This document shows, in pieces, positions 1 to 13,748 of a stretch of 64,000 nt of DNA. Made by a program: the position numbers and the translations under genes. The notes beneath the pieces were generated by a model that did no database searches, was not told the origin of the DNA, and worked only from the letters and a program-made list of their open reading frames with translations. The stretch is from Eledone cirrhosa (lineage: Eukaryota): NCBI GenBank assembly GCA_964016885.1, contig OZ024745.1:125240001-125304000 (forward strand), given 5' to 3'. Position 1 is the first letter of the stretch. The number at the start of each line of letters is the position of its first letter.

Positions 1-439
1 CCAAATAGACATAAAAATATATATTAAAAATATGTGTGTGTGTATACATATAATTATATAAACGTATATAAATATACACACATAAATACGTATAAAACGC
101 GCCCACACACATACCTACATGTAAATACACATATGTTCGCTAAACTACATCAACCAAAACACAAAGTACACATATACACACACCCTACATACGTATGAGC
201 CCGCATACTCACATAGACGCAAACCTCACGTATACACATAATCATATGCACATGTACCAGTATATATAATAATATATACGCCTATAACATATACAAGCAA
301 ATATACGTACGAGAAAGTATACGTACTTTCACAAAACATACAGGTAATATATACTTACCTATACAAATAAGTAATGGTATAAACATAAAATATACTTAGC
401 TACCACATCAAGACGTAATATATCCGCGTATAGTTCGTA

Positions 440-1075
440 CTATCCGTTAGGGTATAATGTGGGGCTGTAATACAGGAAAGTTTTGTGCAATTTATGTTTA
501 CAAGCCGAAATCGCCTCAGATATTTTGTTTAAGATGTGGTCTTTGGCGTAGAGTATTTTACAGGGCCTCAGCGGCGCAGAGGTCACATGGTCTTTTATTT
601 CCGTTATACGATCTAGCCTTAGCTACGATCTCCCAGTGTAACTTATATTGGGTGCGGTTGTCTTTTAGACTCCAGATATAAGCTGAAAGTGACGTCATAT
701 TCCTTCTTAAAGTGTTAAGAAAAGAATAGGTATGCATGTAAAGACTCTGCTTGAATCTATTGGCGGTTAACCCTATGTAGGCCCTACGTGACATGGGTGT
801 TTCAACCTTACATTTGTAGACAATGTTACTAGAGAGGCATTTCCCGGATGGGGGTCAGTCAACCTGATTCCTACAATTACAGTTAGTACTAGCTACAAGG
901 TTGCACATGTTCCTACGGCTAGGTAATTTAGCTAAATTTTAAGCTGTGATGTTATGTGCAAGGTTTAGGAGTCGTAGAGTAAGAAATTTTAATGGTATTT
1001 CTATTAAAAATGTTAGTATATTTATGTGCTGGGGCGAAATGCTTCATAATAAGGGAGAAAGATCTTAGTTAATGG
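440..1075 (-). pseudogene. Penelope-like retroelement 3' coding remnant (thumb, Zn-knuckle, GIY-YIG endonuclease), with stops/frameshifts
   Basis: Minus-strand translation gives HFAPAHKYTNIFNRNTIKISYSTTP...NCNCRNQ...GKCLSSNIVYKCKVETPMSRRAYIGLTANRFKQ...TSLSAYIWSLKD...WEIV...CDLCAAEAL*ILY...LNKISEAISACKH. It is collinear with the ORF at 33345-34483 and is 5'-truncated beside the (TA)n at ~1150-1287. Confidence 0.85.
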
Positions 1076-1171
1076 TTTTATATATTTGATATATATTTAT
1101 CCTTATCGAGCCCTCTTTGGATTTTTGTCTTCAAATTTATTATTATTACTATATATATATATATAGGTATG

Positions 1172-1289
<118 letters not shown>

Positions 1290-2622
1290 AGAGAGAGAGG
1301 GTGAGATGTATATATGTCTCTCTGTATGTGTGTGAGCGCGCGTGTGTGTGTATGCATGTATGTGTGATTGTCTGTATGTGAACAAGGAAACATTTGTGTT
1401 AAGAAGCGTTAAGCGTATTTGAATTTCAAAAAGTCGTTAGTTTATTGTACGCTACTAAAATACACGATTACATATAATGTAGCCGAATAATTTTGGCATA
1501 GAAAACTATTAAGTGAATATGCATATGAAGTATCAAGGAGTTGCTACTAATAAAACAGCTAAAATCATCCATTAATAATAGACCAATAGAATAGACAGCA
1601 TATCTAAGAACGTGTGGTTGTGATATTTTATAAAACGGCAACTGTGTTTTTTTTTTTTTAGATAAGATCTAATATGTTTGGTTGTTTTTCAGCAAATGCA
1701 CTACGGGTGTGAGTGCAGTACTCTAACATATAAATTGCCGAAGATTTGTAGTAGCATCGTTGCATATGAAATGTAATGTTGCATTGAATGTTTTGTTTTC
1801 TTATACACCTTAGGAAAGAGAGATTTTTTCAACTAACTAATAATATTAATAAACACCAACTTTTGTGATGTCGATAGTAAAATTTGTAGAGAATGGGTAA
1901 AGTGAACTGCACTACATTGTTGTTTCCATTAACACTCTGAATTCAAATTCTGCTTTGGTCTTCTTCCCCTTAGATACTTCAATAATTGTTAAAATAAATA
2001 GCGGTCCTAGCGGCAGGGTTCATTTATTTAGACTTCAACCATCCCGTAAGATCTATGGTCTTCAAATATATAAGAAATCAGATTCAAAATATAGCATACG
2101 ATATTCAATAGAGCATGGAATAAAAAAGACTACCTTGAAATACGATTAAGAAAGGATTGAGAAAACTATTCCTGAAGTCACCAATCCGATAAAGATATCA
2201 ATATCTTTGTGCAATTTCGCTCAAATATGCTCTTTTATAATTGAGTATATTGATAGAGGGTGTGATTATTTCCAATGTAAATTCAAAATTCGTGTATGTG
2301 CCAGGATTTAACACATTTCCTCTCGTATACACACACACGCGCGTGCGCACACATATACAGACATGCACGCACAGACACGGTCACACTCACAAACACACAC
2401 CCACACACATACATACACACACACACACACTCACATAAATATATATATATATATCTATTTTCTTTATGTCGTTTTGGAAATCTCAACATCCGACAGATAA
2501 ACTTCCACACCCCATTGTTTCGCCCTAGGCCGAGGTATTTTGTCTTTAATGCGAAGAAATACGTATGACACCTAATAGACAACTGACGATGTATATTCCT
2601 GACTTCTAATTTCTTATTTTTC

Positions 2623-2683
<61 letters not shown>

Positions 2684-2880
2684 ATAGGGTACAGTGTATT
2701 TGGCAATATACTGAATGTTTAATTAAAAACATTTTGAAGACAATTCGCTGTTAGTTTTAAAGCAATGCCTATGTGACTTATTCTCGGCAAATAAAACAGA
2801 GAGTTATCGACAGACAGTCTGTTTCTCGCTTATTAACGTTTATCAAGACTACACACTCCGCATATATATATTTATGTATA

Positions 2881-2913
<33 letters not shown>

Positions 2914-3490
2914 ATGTATATATATATATTATGTAACTATATTTATCCCATTACAGAAACTAATTAGTTGGAGTGAAAATTTTAGTAAGTAAGTTGATTT
3001 TTAATTTTTAAAATTTTCTTATTTTACGTCTTTCATATAATTGTCCTGCATTCACCTGCATAGAACCACATAGGTACTAAGACATAACTTATATATTTGC
3101 TAGCATGTGTGTACATCTGTACACATATGTTGGTAGATGTACTAATTCTCTATATTTATCTCCAAATTATTTGTTGAGCAAAACTTGCCAAATTTACTGC
3201 TGTTTCATGGTAGTAGTAGGCTCTTGTCATAATACCACCCCGCTCCTAACTGATTAACCTCGGTGTCACGTGATTGATTCTTTAGAATCTGCCACTGACC
3301 ACAGGCAGTGAATTTTTTCAGTGCTCCGGAATCTAGTCCTCGCTAGCTTCATTCCATCTACTGAATTATTATTTGTATATGAGTTCCTAGTGTCCGCGCA
3401 TTGCCTGGGAACTTAGCTGAGAATAGACTCCCAGATGACGTAATGAATTCTCTATAGTTATATATATTATGTAAGCATTATATATTATGT

Positions 3491-3722
3491 AAGCATTTTG
3501 AAGACCGTATGCTATTGTTTTAGAATATAACATCAGTAATCTCAGTAGACAGGAGGGGTAGTTAGCCTTGATAAGCTTCAACAAAAGCGAAACAAGGCCT
3601 TGTCGGCTTATCTCCCCTGTTTGCTGAGATTAAAGTAAGTGAATTTGTCACTACTCTAAAACAATAGCATACGGTCTTCAAAATGCTTTTAATTAAGCAT
3701 AAAGTGTATTGCAAAATACATT
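3491..3722 (+). mobile_element. Miniature non-coding fold-back element carrying a hammerhead ribozyme
   Basis: Perfect 34-bp inverted repeats at 3491-3524 and 3655-3688 (aagcattttgaagaccgtatgctattgttttaga) surround an HHR. A ~34-nt unpaired 3' tail follows, ending in TA repeats. Confidence 0.75.
3564..3608 (+). ncRNA. Type I hammerhead ribozyme, U3-A8 core variant
   Basis: agcc-TTGATAA-gctt caacaa aagc-GAA-acaaggccttgt-C-ggct. Helices I, II and III all pair, helix III is palindromic, and the GUC cleavage site falls after 3604. Helix I extends across 3538-3631 with G-U pairs. Confidence 0.85.
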
Positions 3723-3782
3723 ATATATACATCCATATATATATTGCTATTTCAGAGCTCCAATTCTAATTTTTAATAGTGA

Positions 3783-3899
3783 AGGCGTGTGGCTGAGTGG
3801 TTAGAGTATTGGATTCACAATCGTGAGGTTGTGAGTTCGATTCCTGAACCAGGCGATGCGTTATGTCCTTGAGCAAGACACTTTATTTCACGTTGCTCC
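3783..3899 (+). mobile_element. tRNA-derived CORE-type SINE, 3'-truncated
   Basis: A box tggctgagtgg and B box agttcgattcc, followed by a CORE-like tgtccttgagcaagacactttatttcacgttgctcc. Confidence 0.7.
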
Positions 3900-4025
3900 T
3901 TCTACCTGGAGTTGCGACCGATAGATAGTATTAGCAATTGGAAAGACCAACGGAAACATAGTTTCCTCGGTCCGATTTGACGAAAGTCGATCGACTAGAA
4001 TATATATATAGTTTTAATATAGATG

Positions 4026-4076
4026 AGATTCTACAGGACTACGACTGTTTCATTCTTTAGAAATCATCAGGAATCT
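4026..4076 (-). ncRNA. Hammerhead-like motif with an insert after the cleavage site (degenerate)
   Basis: Minus strand reads agattc-CTGATGA-tttctaaagaat-GAA-acagt-C-(11 nt)-gaatct, just before a TA run. It sits at the end of a region with an imperfect ~195-bp tandem duplication (4113-4505). Confidence 0.5.
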
Positions 4077-4518
4077 GGCTTTCCAAAAATAAATGTTGTG
4101 GTATTTATAGCTTTTCAGGTGTTAGGAGAGGGTGGGGAGTTAATGGGTAGAGGTCATTGGTTGAAAGAAAAGGGAATTCATTAAAAGCTAATTCTTTAAC
4201 GCTATAATTTATATTTAGAGTGACAAAGGCAGAAAGAATTCTATAAACAAGTTCAGAATGGAGTGCCACTCCTTATTTTTAACTTTCTCTTAAGCTAACA
4301 ATGCCTATATTTCAGGTGTCTATAAGATCATTGGGGGTCGGTCATGGTTAATGGATCTAAAGAAAAGGGAAATTCTTTAAAAGCTAATTCTTTAAAGTTC
4401 TACTTAGAGTGACAAAGGCCAAGAGAATTCTATAAACCTGTTCAAAATATTGGGTGCCTATCATATCATTATCTTCAAATTTCTCTTAAGCTATATTCCA
4501 GGTGTCGACAGACACATT

Positions 4519-4550
<32 letters not shown>

Positions 4551-4939
4551 TATGTATGTATATATATATATAAATATATATATATACATATTTATATACT
4601 TATATAAATATATATATATATAGTATTAAGGATACTATTTATGGTTATGTATATAATAAAAACTTTTATGGTTATATATTTTTTATACAAACCCCAAATA
4701 GTGAAAGATAGTCATTCATTACTATCTTATTACCAGTAAGATAAATAGCTCAATGTAATAACATCGGTTGTTTTACAGAGCAGTTATATTTTTATTTTTA
4801 TCCTTTAACCTTCATATGTAAATTGCCGTGCTATATCATTATGATGGATGTCATCCCACTGTGGGTCAATATATGCATATGTTTTTATATGTCTCTTGTG
4901 TTGAAAAGGAGGTCAAGTATGTTATAGATCAGTAAATAG

Positions 4940-4988
4940 TTGCTCCGAAGAATCCAAACCTCGGTTTGGAGGAAACAATTGTAAGCAA
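4940..4988 (+). ncRNA. Hammerhead-like motif, C4 core variant (family shared with 30759)
   Basis: ttgct-CCGAAGA-a tccaaacc tc ggtttgga g-GAA-acaattgt-A-agcaa, followed by aataaa, a ~25-nt tail and the (TA)n at ~5018. Confidence 0.65.
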
Positions 4989-5014
4989 ATAAATGATTTA
5001 AACTAAACTTTGAT

Positions 5015-5092
<78 letters not shown>

Positions 5093-5107
5093 GTATAAAT
5101 ATATATG

Positions 5108-5138
<31 letters not shown>

Positions 5139-5151
5139 GTATATATATATG

Positions 5152-5202
<51 letters not shown>

Positions 5203-5370
5203 ATACATATACATACATATACATATATATATACATACATAAACATATACACACACATACACACACATATATATATATACATATATATACATATACACAC
5301 AGACACACATATATACATATATATATATATATACACACATACATATATATACACACACACACATATATAT

Positions 5371-5444
<74 letters not shown>

Positions 5445-5680
5445 GTGTGTGTGTATGTGTGTTTATATCTGTATTTTTGACCGTTGGACAGTCAATGATA
5501 AACATTGAGGCCCAAATGAATTAACTGTGGAGATATAAAAGATACAGAAGCGAAAACCTTCCAACAGTGAGTGTGTTCTGTTATTAGTTCTGGCAATTAA
5601 AAAAAAAAAATAAATAAATAAATCATTATTTCTGGCAATATTATTACATTACAACAATATGACCCTCCCCAAGTATAACA

Positions 5681-5750
<70 letters not shown>

Positions 5751-7793
5751 GAAAGAGAGGGTATAAAAGTAATAAAAATATCGACAGATGATATATAGCT
5801 AAAGTGAATTGAAAAAATTCATTGAATATCAGACTTAAATGTCAGTGATGAATAATTCGATATAAAATAAATATCAGTATATTCAAATAATTCGAAAAAA
5901 CAGATATTTCATTTATTTCTCATCGGTTAATCTCAGAAATGTCTAAATATTTATGTAATTAATGAATATATTTTGATTGCAACCACTGATATGGGCTACC
6001 ATTAGATTTTCTTGCATCTTAAGGAAGACAACAACTGGAAAGTTTGATTTTCTTCCTTGTGGTTGTTTCATGTTTATTTTATGTATATATATATATATGT
6101 CAGATTCTGCAATGGTTAGCACAGTAAAATGGTATATTGCAGGTGTGAATTTAATTGTATTAAAGCAGCTTATTTGATCTTTCGAAGGTAAATTGTTGGT
6201 CTTTTAAGAGAATGGGGATTATGTTTAACGGATGTCACACTTGTGTCCTTTAATCATTTATCGTAACTATGTTTTTCTAACATTATTGTAGTTTATGGCC
6301 TTGACATTTGGTTTTTATGGAATTAAAGGATTTCATAAGTAAGAATATACAACACATATAACCTTTCCAAAAATATTCTGATTTAATTTCAAACAACATA
6401 AAATATACATATCTACTTACAACATTGCCTATCACTACAGGTTTTGTTCAGTTAGAAAAAGAAAACGCTGCTTTGAGGGGTGTTATATGATGACTTCACA
6501 TTGTGTTGTTAAACAAACCATATTTTATTAAGTTTTATATTTCAATTGTACCCTTTCATTCAAAATAGTAACAAATTTGATGCCGTATATATTCCTTTAA
6601 ATGTTCTACTATATTTGCGTATTCATTCTATTGGATGCTATTTCTGTATAATCATTCATATTGATCTTGTATATTTAAGCTGCCCTAGGGTTTATTTCAT
6701 TCATTTTGAAGTAATATTCTCAGACGCAAATATAATTCGATTTCGAGTTATGTTTTTGCAGGGTAGGTAGTGATCGCGTTTTATATATGTGTGGAAGGAA
6801 AAATTCGTTCGTAAAAAATACACCAGACACAAATTCGTTCGTAAAAAAATACACCAGACACAAGCTCTAAATAGAAACATCTGAGTAACCAACAACACCA
6901 GTAAATATTCCTACCAACCATAGTCTGGGTGTAATATTAGTTTAGTATCCACCTGCCGTGAAGAGTAAAATAAAAACATGTTATCTGTCTGATACTTTAT
7001 ATAAAGTATACAAAATATATTACATCTCTCCATGTGTATAAATGCGTAAATACTGTTTCTCCAATCATTGGTTATTCGATAAGAAAGACATAAGACAATT
7101 CAAGTCATTTTAAAATACCGTAAAGACGTATTTAAAGATAACTTTATTTTTTTTTTTTTTTTTTTTTTTTGTATTTAAAGATATAACTCTAAACAGCAAC
7201 ACTTTCACCACCCACCACGAGTGGTGCCACAAATGTTTTCTCACCAGAAAAAGGTAAACATCTAAAGCAGTCATCATTTCATTAGATTCTTAATTAAATG
7301 AAAATGAGAACCAAATCAAAGCCTCTTAGTTAGATATCATACCATAACTTCAAACAATTTATATCTTCCCTGAATACGCTAAAAAGTATAGCACTTTTCC
7401 TTTCATAAAATCTATTTCCTTTATATGAAAATATTTTCATAATTTGCGGTTATTAGTCTTAATCGGTTACTAAGTATCCACATGATTGCCTCGTTTTAAA
7501 TTATCATAATTCGTGTTGTGTGTAATTCCTTGCAATTATTCCATTTTTAACATATTTCTTCATCAAAGACTTCAAGGTGTCTTGACTTGACTAATTTCTA
7601 ATTTTACATTCTTCTGAAAAGAACCGATATAAAAGGAAAAGTCATACCTTATTTATAATGCCAGACAAACTGGTGTATATATTTTCCCTGTTTGCGTGCA
7701 GAAATGGGAGCAAACAATTTATATATGAATACACATATTAGTTACCAAGCATATGTTTATATGTATGTATGTATGCATTTATCCGTATAGAGG

Positions 7794-7834
<41 letters not shown>

Positions 7835-7869
7835 GTGTGTGTGTGTGAGTGTGCGCGTGTATGTACACA

Positions 7870-7913
<44 letters not shown>

Positions 7914-8768
7914 AACGAGTAGGACCCCGACGGCTGAGCTCAAGCCGTTTCAACGGCTAATTCTACCCTACTGCTGCTATGCCCTCTGACCACCTCCCGC
8001 ACACACAGACACACAACACACCTTCAATTACCATTCTACCCTACTGCTGCTATGCCCTCTGACCACCTCCCCGAACACACAGACACACAGCACTCCTTCT
8101 GCCTTGACCCTCTTACCACTTCCTGTTCCGCGCGCACCCCACATCTCCCCTCTTCCGACCAATCTCTTCACGGATTACACATATGTGAACCTTGATCCAG
8201 AGAATCCACCGCATCCAAGGATTTTACTCAGCATTCCACCACATCTTTTTACGGAATTACCTTTATGACTCACCCCACACACACACCCAAACAAATTTTT
8301 TTTCCCACACGCCACCTACATCCACAACACGCATAAACACCACACACACACACACGTGCGTACCACCACATATTTACACATTCAGCCTCCGGAATCCTCT
8401 CCCCCACCCCTCTATCCACACACGCACACGCATTCCGACCTACACCCCACCCCACACACACACCTTCCTGAACACGCAACCCCGTTCTTCCCCCAACCCT
8501 TGCTTTCACATGCACACACACGTACACCTACACACACACACCACCTTCAGCCCTCCCCGCTCGGACACCCCGTCTCCCTCTCCCCATCCACCCACCACCA
8601 CCCCTACACGCCCCACAACCTTCCACCACCTGTTTTACCCCATTTTAATTTTATTTTGATCATGCCTTTATTTTTAATTTCATTTGCACCGTTTCCTCTC
8701 ACCCCCTTTTTGCTATATGTCTCTCCACCACTCCCCTACACACCCTTTCAACTCTCTTCCCACACACT

Positions 8769-8838
8769 TTTCACCCGAAGAAGGGCTTATGCCCGAAACG
8801 TCGTTCCCCACCATCACCCCACTCTCAAGAGCGTGAAA
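8769..8838 (+). ncRNA. Minimal hammerhead-like motif of the Penelope pseudo-LTR type
   Basis: tttcac-CCGAAGA-a gggc ttat gccc-GAA-acgt-C-(30 nt)-gtgaaa, followed by aataaa and the (TA)n at ~8894. A C/A-rich UTR-like tract (8260-8760) precedes it. Confidence 0.6.
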
Positions 8839-8889
8839 TTAATAAACCTTTGTTTGTACTGCCTCTCTGTTTTGTTCCCGTTCAATTTT

Positions 8890-8973
<84 letters not shown>

Positions 8974-8983
8974 AACCAGTAAG

Positions 8984-9077
8984 ACCCCGACGGCTGAGCT
9001 CAAGCCGTTTCGACGGCTAATTCTGGACTAAATGAAAATTTATCCTGGTATTTAAATAGCCGAGCTTCTCAAGGGGT
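8984..9077 (-). ncRNA. Hammerhead ribozyme, U3-A8 variant (mirror copy)
   Basis: Reverse complement of 11042-11135. Confidence 0.7.
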
Positions 9078-9799
9078 AATTCCATATATGGTCAAGGTGA
9101 TTGTCAAAAGTCAGTAGTAATTCTGTGATTGCAAATTAGTAGGGGAGATGGTGGCTAAACCTGCCAGTAGGAGAAAAAGGGGAGGAGGTGGAGTAGACCC
9201 AATCATGCGTTGGTAGTGCCAGCTACAGCTGGGCATGAGGTCAAAGAAGATACTGGGGAGGGGGAGGGGGAGGAAGTCGGAACGGTAGGTAGAACAATGA
9301 GGGGTAAAAATATATATATGAAGGAAAAAATACTGAGAGTGATGAAAAGCGAATAAGTGTAAAGAAAAATAAAGTAAAGCAAGTTCTACGACCTAAGTCT
9401 CTAGCTATTGTTAGGCTAGATAAATAAATAAATAAAGAAAGAAATAAATAAAGAAAGAAATAAAGAAATAACGAAATAAGTAAATAAACTAGGTGGGACG
9501 GAATAGGCAAGGACCCTTTTAAGAGGTATAAGTACGTAAATCATACGGTGACGGGTCAACAAATGGGGCCAAAAAGCTAAAGAAACTACCACGAAATAAA
9601 TAATAAAGGTGTCTAACCCGGCACAATGCCAGCAACCTAGTGCAGCAAAGTAAACTAGTACGAGATAATAATTCTGAGTCCCGAAAAAAAAATATACTAA
9701 TGCTAACTCAAAAAGATCTTATACAAGCTACATGAAAGTTCGTACGGAGTAAAGGTAGAATACGGAAAAATAAATTCAGAATCCCCCCCACCTTTATAA

Positions 9800-9925
9800 A
9801 TGGTGTTTTCGACGGACCAACTCCTAAACAAGAAAGATGAACTGGTTACTGCATGTAAACATAGATTGCGTAGGACTTACCTCGCCCTCAAACCCCATAA
9901 TGACCCGGGGGGGGGGGGGGGGTAG
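9800..9925 (+). pseudogene. C-terminal fragment of a Penelope-like GIY-YIG ORF
   Basis: MVFSTDQLLNKKDELVTACKHRLRRTYL matches LLNRKSEIFSSCPH (~34377) and LNKISEAISACKH (~500, minus strand). Confidence 0.7.
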
Positions 9926-11041
9926 ATTAGGGCTATAACACCCCACTTGCCGATTTTGCAATGGGTAACCCTTGCTTGCCAAGGGAGACGTAAGATCTTC
10001 GTTTTATTCTTTTATCGCTTCCTTTATGTCCTTCTTCCCCCACCCCTCCTTAGTCCTTCTACCCCAGTTCTTCTTCTTTGTCGGCGTCTTTTCTCGCCCA
10101 CCCGAGGCTGCCCTTTGGCCCCTTGTAGCCTCAGTACCCCCACCCCCTCCCCTAGTCTATGATAGATTTGGCGGACTCCGCATTTTATAGCAGTTGTGTT
10201 AGACCTCGGATACTTTCCCCCTTTTTCCGACCGCTCCCACTATTTTCCGTGCCTTCTATATTTCTTAGTGGCACTTATGCCGTATTTTCTCGTTTCAGTA
10301 TTTCTTTCATCTCTTTTCTTTTGGCGGGGTGGATTCTGAATTTATTTTTCCGTATTATACCTTTACTTCGTACGAACTTTCATGTAGCTGTATAAGATAT
10401 TTTAGAGTTAGCATTAGTATATATTTTTTTCGGGACTCAGAATTATTATCTCGTACTAGTTTACTTTGCTGCACTGGGTGGTTGCTGGCATTGTGCCCGG
10501 GATAGAAACCTTTATTATTTATTTCGTGGTAGTTTCTTTAGCTTTTTGGCCCCATTTGTTGACCCGTCACCGTATGATTTACGTGCTTATACCTCTTAAA
10601 AGGGTCCTTGCCTATTCCGTCCCACCTAGTTTATTTACTTATTTCGTTATTTCTTTATTTCTTTCTTTATTTATTTATTTCTTTATTTATTTATTTATCT
10701 AGCCTAACAATAGCTAGAGACTTAGGTCGTAGAACTTGCTTTACTTTTTTTTTTCTTTACACTTATTCGCTTTTCGTCACTCTCAGTATTTTTTCTTTCA
10801 TATATATATTTTTACCCCTCATTGTTCTACCTACCGTTCCGACTTCCTCCCCCTCCCCCTCCCCAGTATCTTCTTTGACCTCATGCCCAGCTGTAGCTGG
10901 CACTACCAACGCATGATTGGGTCTACTCCACCCCCTCCCCTTTTTCTCCTACTGGCAGGTTTAGCCACCATCTCCCCTACTAATTTGCAATCACAGAATT
11001 ACTACTGACTTTTGACAATCACCTTGACCATATATGGAATT

Positions 11042-11135
11042 ACCCCTTGAGAAGCTCGGCTATTTAAATACCAGGATAAATTTTCATTTAGTCCAGAATT
11101 AGCCGTCGAAACGGCTTGAGCTCAGCCGTCGGGGT
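11042..11135 (+). ncRNA. Hammerhead ribozyme, U3-A8 variant with a large loop II
   Basis: acccc-TTGAGAA-gct cggcta...(~35 nt)...tagccg tc-GAA-acggc ttgagctca gccgt-C-ggggt, with the predicted cleavage after 11130. Confidence 0.7.
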
Positions 11136-11225
11136 CTTACTGGTTCCTATTACCCACTCTACTACCTAAGTATTTAGTACTTTGGTGCGTTATGGTCCAC
11201 CTGGTTCCTTACCACATTTCCTTCG

Positions 11226-11372
<147 letters not shown>

Positions 11373-11417
11373 AATAAGATAACAAGGACGATTGGTTACT
11401 CATTCATTACGTTTATT

Positions 11418-11506
11418 GGTTGCTGACGCGCGTTTCGTCACTGATCAGCTTATGGTTCGATCTGTATCGATCTGACCCGACTCTGTAAACCGCTGCTCAT
11501 CAGACC
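11418..11506 (-). ncRNA. Hammerhead-like motif with an expanded helix II domain
   Basis: Minus strand reads ggt-CTGATGA-g...(~58 nt)...c-GAA-acgcgcgt-C-agca acc aataaa, then ~45 nt to the (TA)n at 11228-11368. Confidence 0.55.
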
Positions 11507-12811
11507 CCTTGTAATGTTAATGGAAAAATGAATACAAGCTGTATGATAAAGTCAAAGGTTTCTATGGTGGTCAGTAAAGTTTGTTTTGATTGGTGGATTA
11601 CTTCATAGGGATATTTTTGCCTGTAGTGTATGTAGGTTGGGGGTGATAAGTTGGTAGTAACGGTCGCAGATTGAAGTGGGCGGTGAGGTGGGGGTGCTGG
11701 TCGTCAGTAGATAGTTTGGCATGTAGATGTGGCTGATTTGTGTGTGTGCTGTGGGTGTGGTGTTGTTGTTTGTGATTAAGATGTATATATATATATATAT
11801 ATATATATCCAGGGAGTGTAACAAACGACGACCACAATCATCACACCACCATAAACACCGCAACCTTTCATCTTAATCTATATATAATATATATATGAAT
11901 ATATGTATATATATATAGTATATATATATTAGAGCTACCAATATCATAACATCCAGTCAAATGTCTCAATTTTCTATATGGTCATCGCTACACTTATTTA
12001 TAATTTACTTTAGATATTTTTCTCTCTGTCATTATGAAATTGAAATACATCGTATAATTTTAAATAAAAGTTATTGACAATTAAATTTCAGCAAAGAAAC
12101 TAATAAAGACTTTTTATGAAGCACTTAAAAATATTTTTTGTTTAAAATTTATATTTCTATTACTTTGCATGAAGAGGTTTGATTTGGTCTGTCATATATA
12201 TTATTGTATTGTTTCTTGTTTTTTTAAGATGATATATTAGAAAGACATACATCACATTTGATATTCCTATTTAATTTCTAGCTTTCGAGAAATGATATGG
12301 TTATATGTGTATTCCTTTATAAGTGTTTTACGTGAATGTTAGCGTCTGTATAATTGTGTGTGTGTGTGTGTGCACATTGTGTTGTCCATGAGTTTATATC
12401 TTCAACAACTGAGAACATATATATATATGTGGGGGGGGGGAGTCCGTGTGTGTGTGTGTGCGTGTGTGTGCGTGTGTGCGCATATACATATATATTTTCA
12501 GAAGAATAATATTATATGTGTATATATGATTTCAATATTTCAAATATTGAAAAAGTCTATGATATCAGAAAATACTATTGCAATACCCTGAAGGGAATCA
12601 AATTAATTCATAAATGAATCCTTACGTCGATGGTACGTTGATATCACTCTCATATGGAAGCTTTATAAAAGGTTATACATATTTTAATCTGATTTAAATG
12701 GGATCTGAATATGCATAAAGCTTCAAAGAATAACCATTGTATTAATTCACTTCACATAGCTATGTTCATATTATATATATGTATATATATATATACGTAT
12801 CTATATATACG

Positions 12812-12854
<43 letters not shown>

Positions 12855-12861
12855 GTATCTA

Positions 12862-12928
<67 letters not shown>

Positions 12929-13748
12929 ATATATATATAAATTAATAAATACAATGAATAAAAACAAAGAAACAGTTCCTTATATTAAAAAATTCATCAT
13001 TTTACGATCGTTTCTAGGATATATATGTGTGTGTTGGTATGTATATCATATAGATCTATGTAAACATTTTACAAACTATCAGAGGGAATATACATACTTA
13101 CACATATATATGCTGTCTTCAGAAATAATGATATTTGTTTATTGAAAAAAACCAACAAAGATTTAATATAATAGGTCTGTTTGGGAAATTGATGATTCCT
13201 TACATAATCTTTCACTTTTCACGCCTACAATTGTGTCTCTTATTTCTTTTATATTAAATCTTTTCCCTCGCTTTGTTTCTCCATAAACCACCAACTCATA
13301 TACTTCCAAAGAGAACACCAAACAAAATACGATCGTTCGTTTACGATTCTACAAGAGAGTTCCAAAAGGGTTTTTTAGCTAGGCAGAATTTTCCACTAAT
13401 TTTCCGTCACAAAACGACCCTATAATTGTATAAAGTAGACAAGTTTTGGGCGCACTATGTAAGTAGAAAACGTAGGGAGTTTTCTCATAGAACTTTAAAC
13501 AATTACTGGTCGACTGAACTTGCGCTAATGTTAATCAACAGCATCACCCATTCATAATTATCCACCGCTATTAAAAGAACTTCGATTATTGCAATTCAAA
13601 CAACATAATAAATATCTTAAACTTTTTATTTACATAAAAATATATCAAAAGTAATCATAATTATTTTTATTTCCTTACCGTCTGAAGTATATTCAGCAGT
13701 CATATTCCAAAGTTTTAAATAAATGCAGCTTTTCCTTTCCAAATAATT

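Noticed and set aside
3783-3855. Apparent tRNA gene
   Set aside because: It runs straight into a CORE-like SINE body with no proper acceptor stem or terminator, so it is treated as a SINE head.
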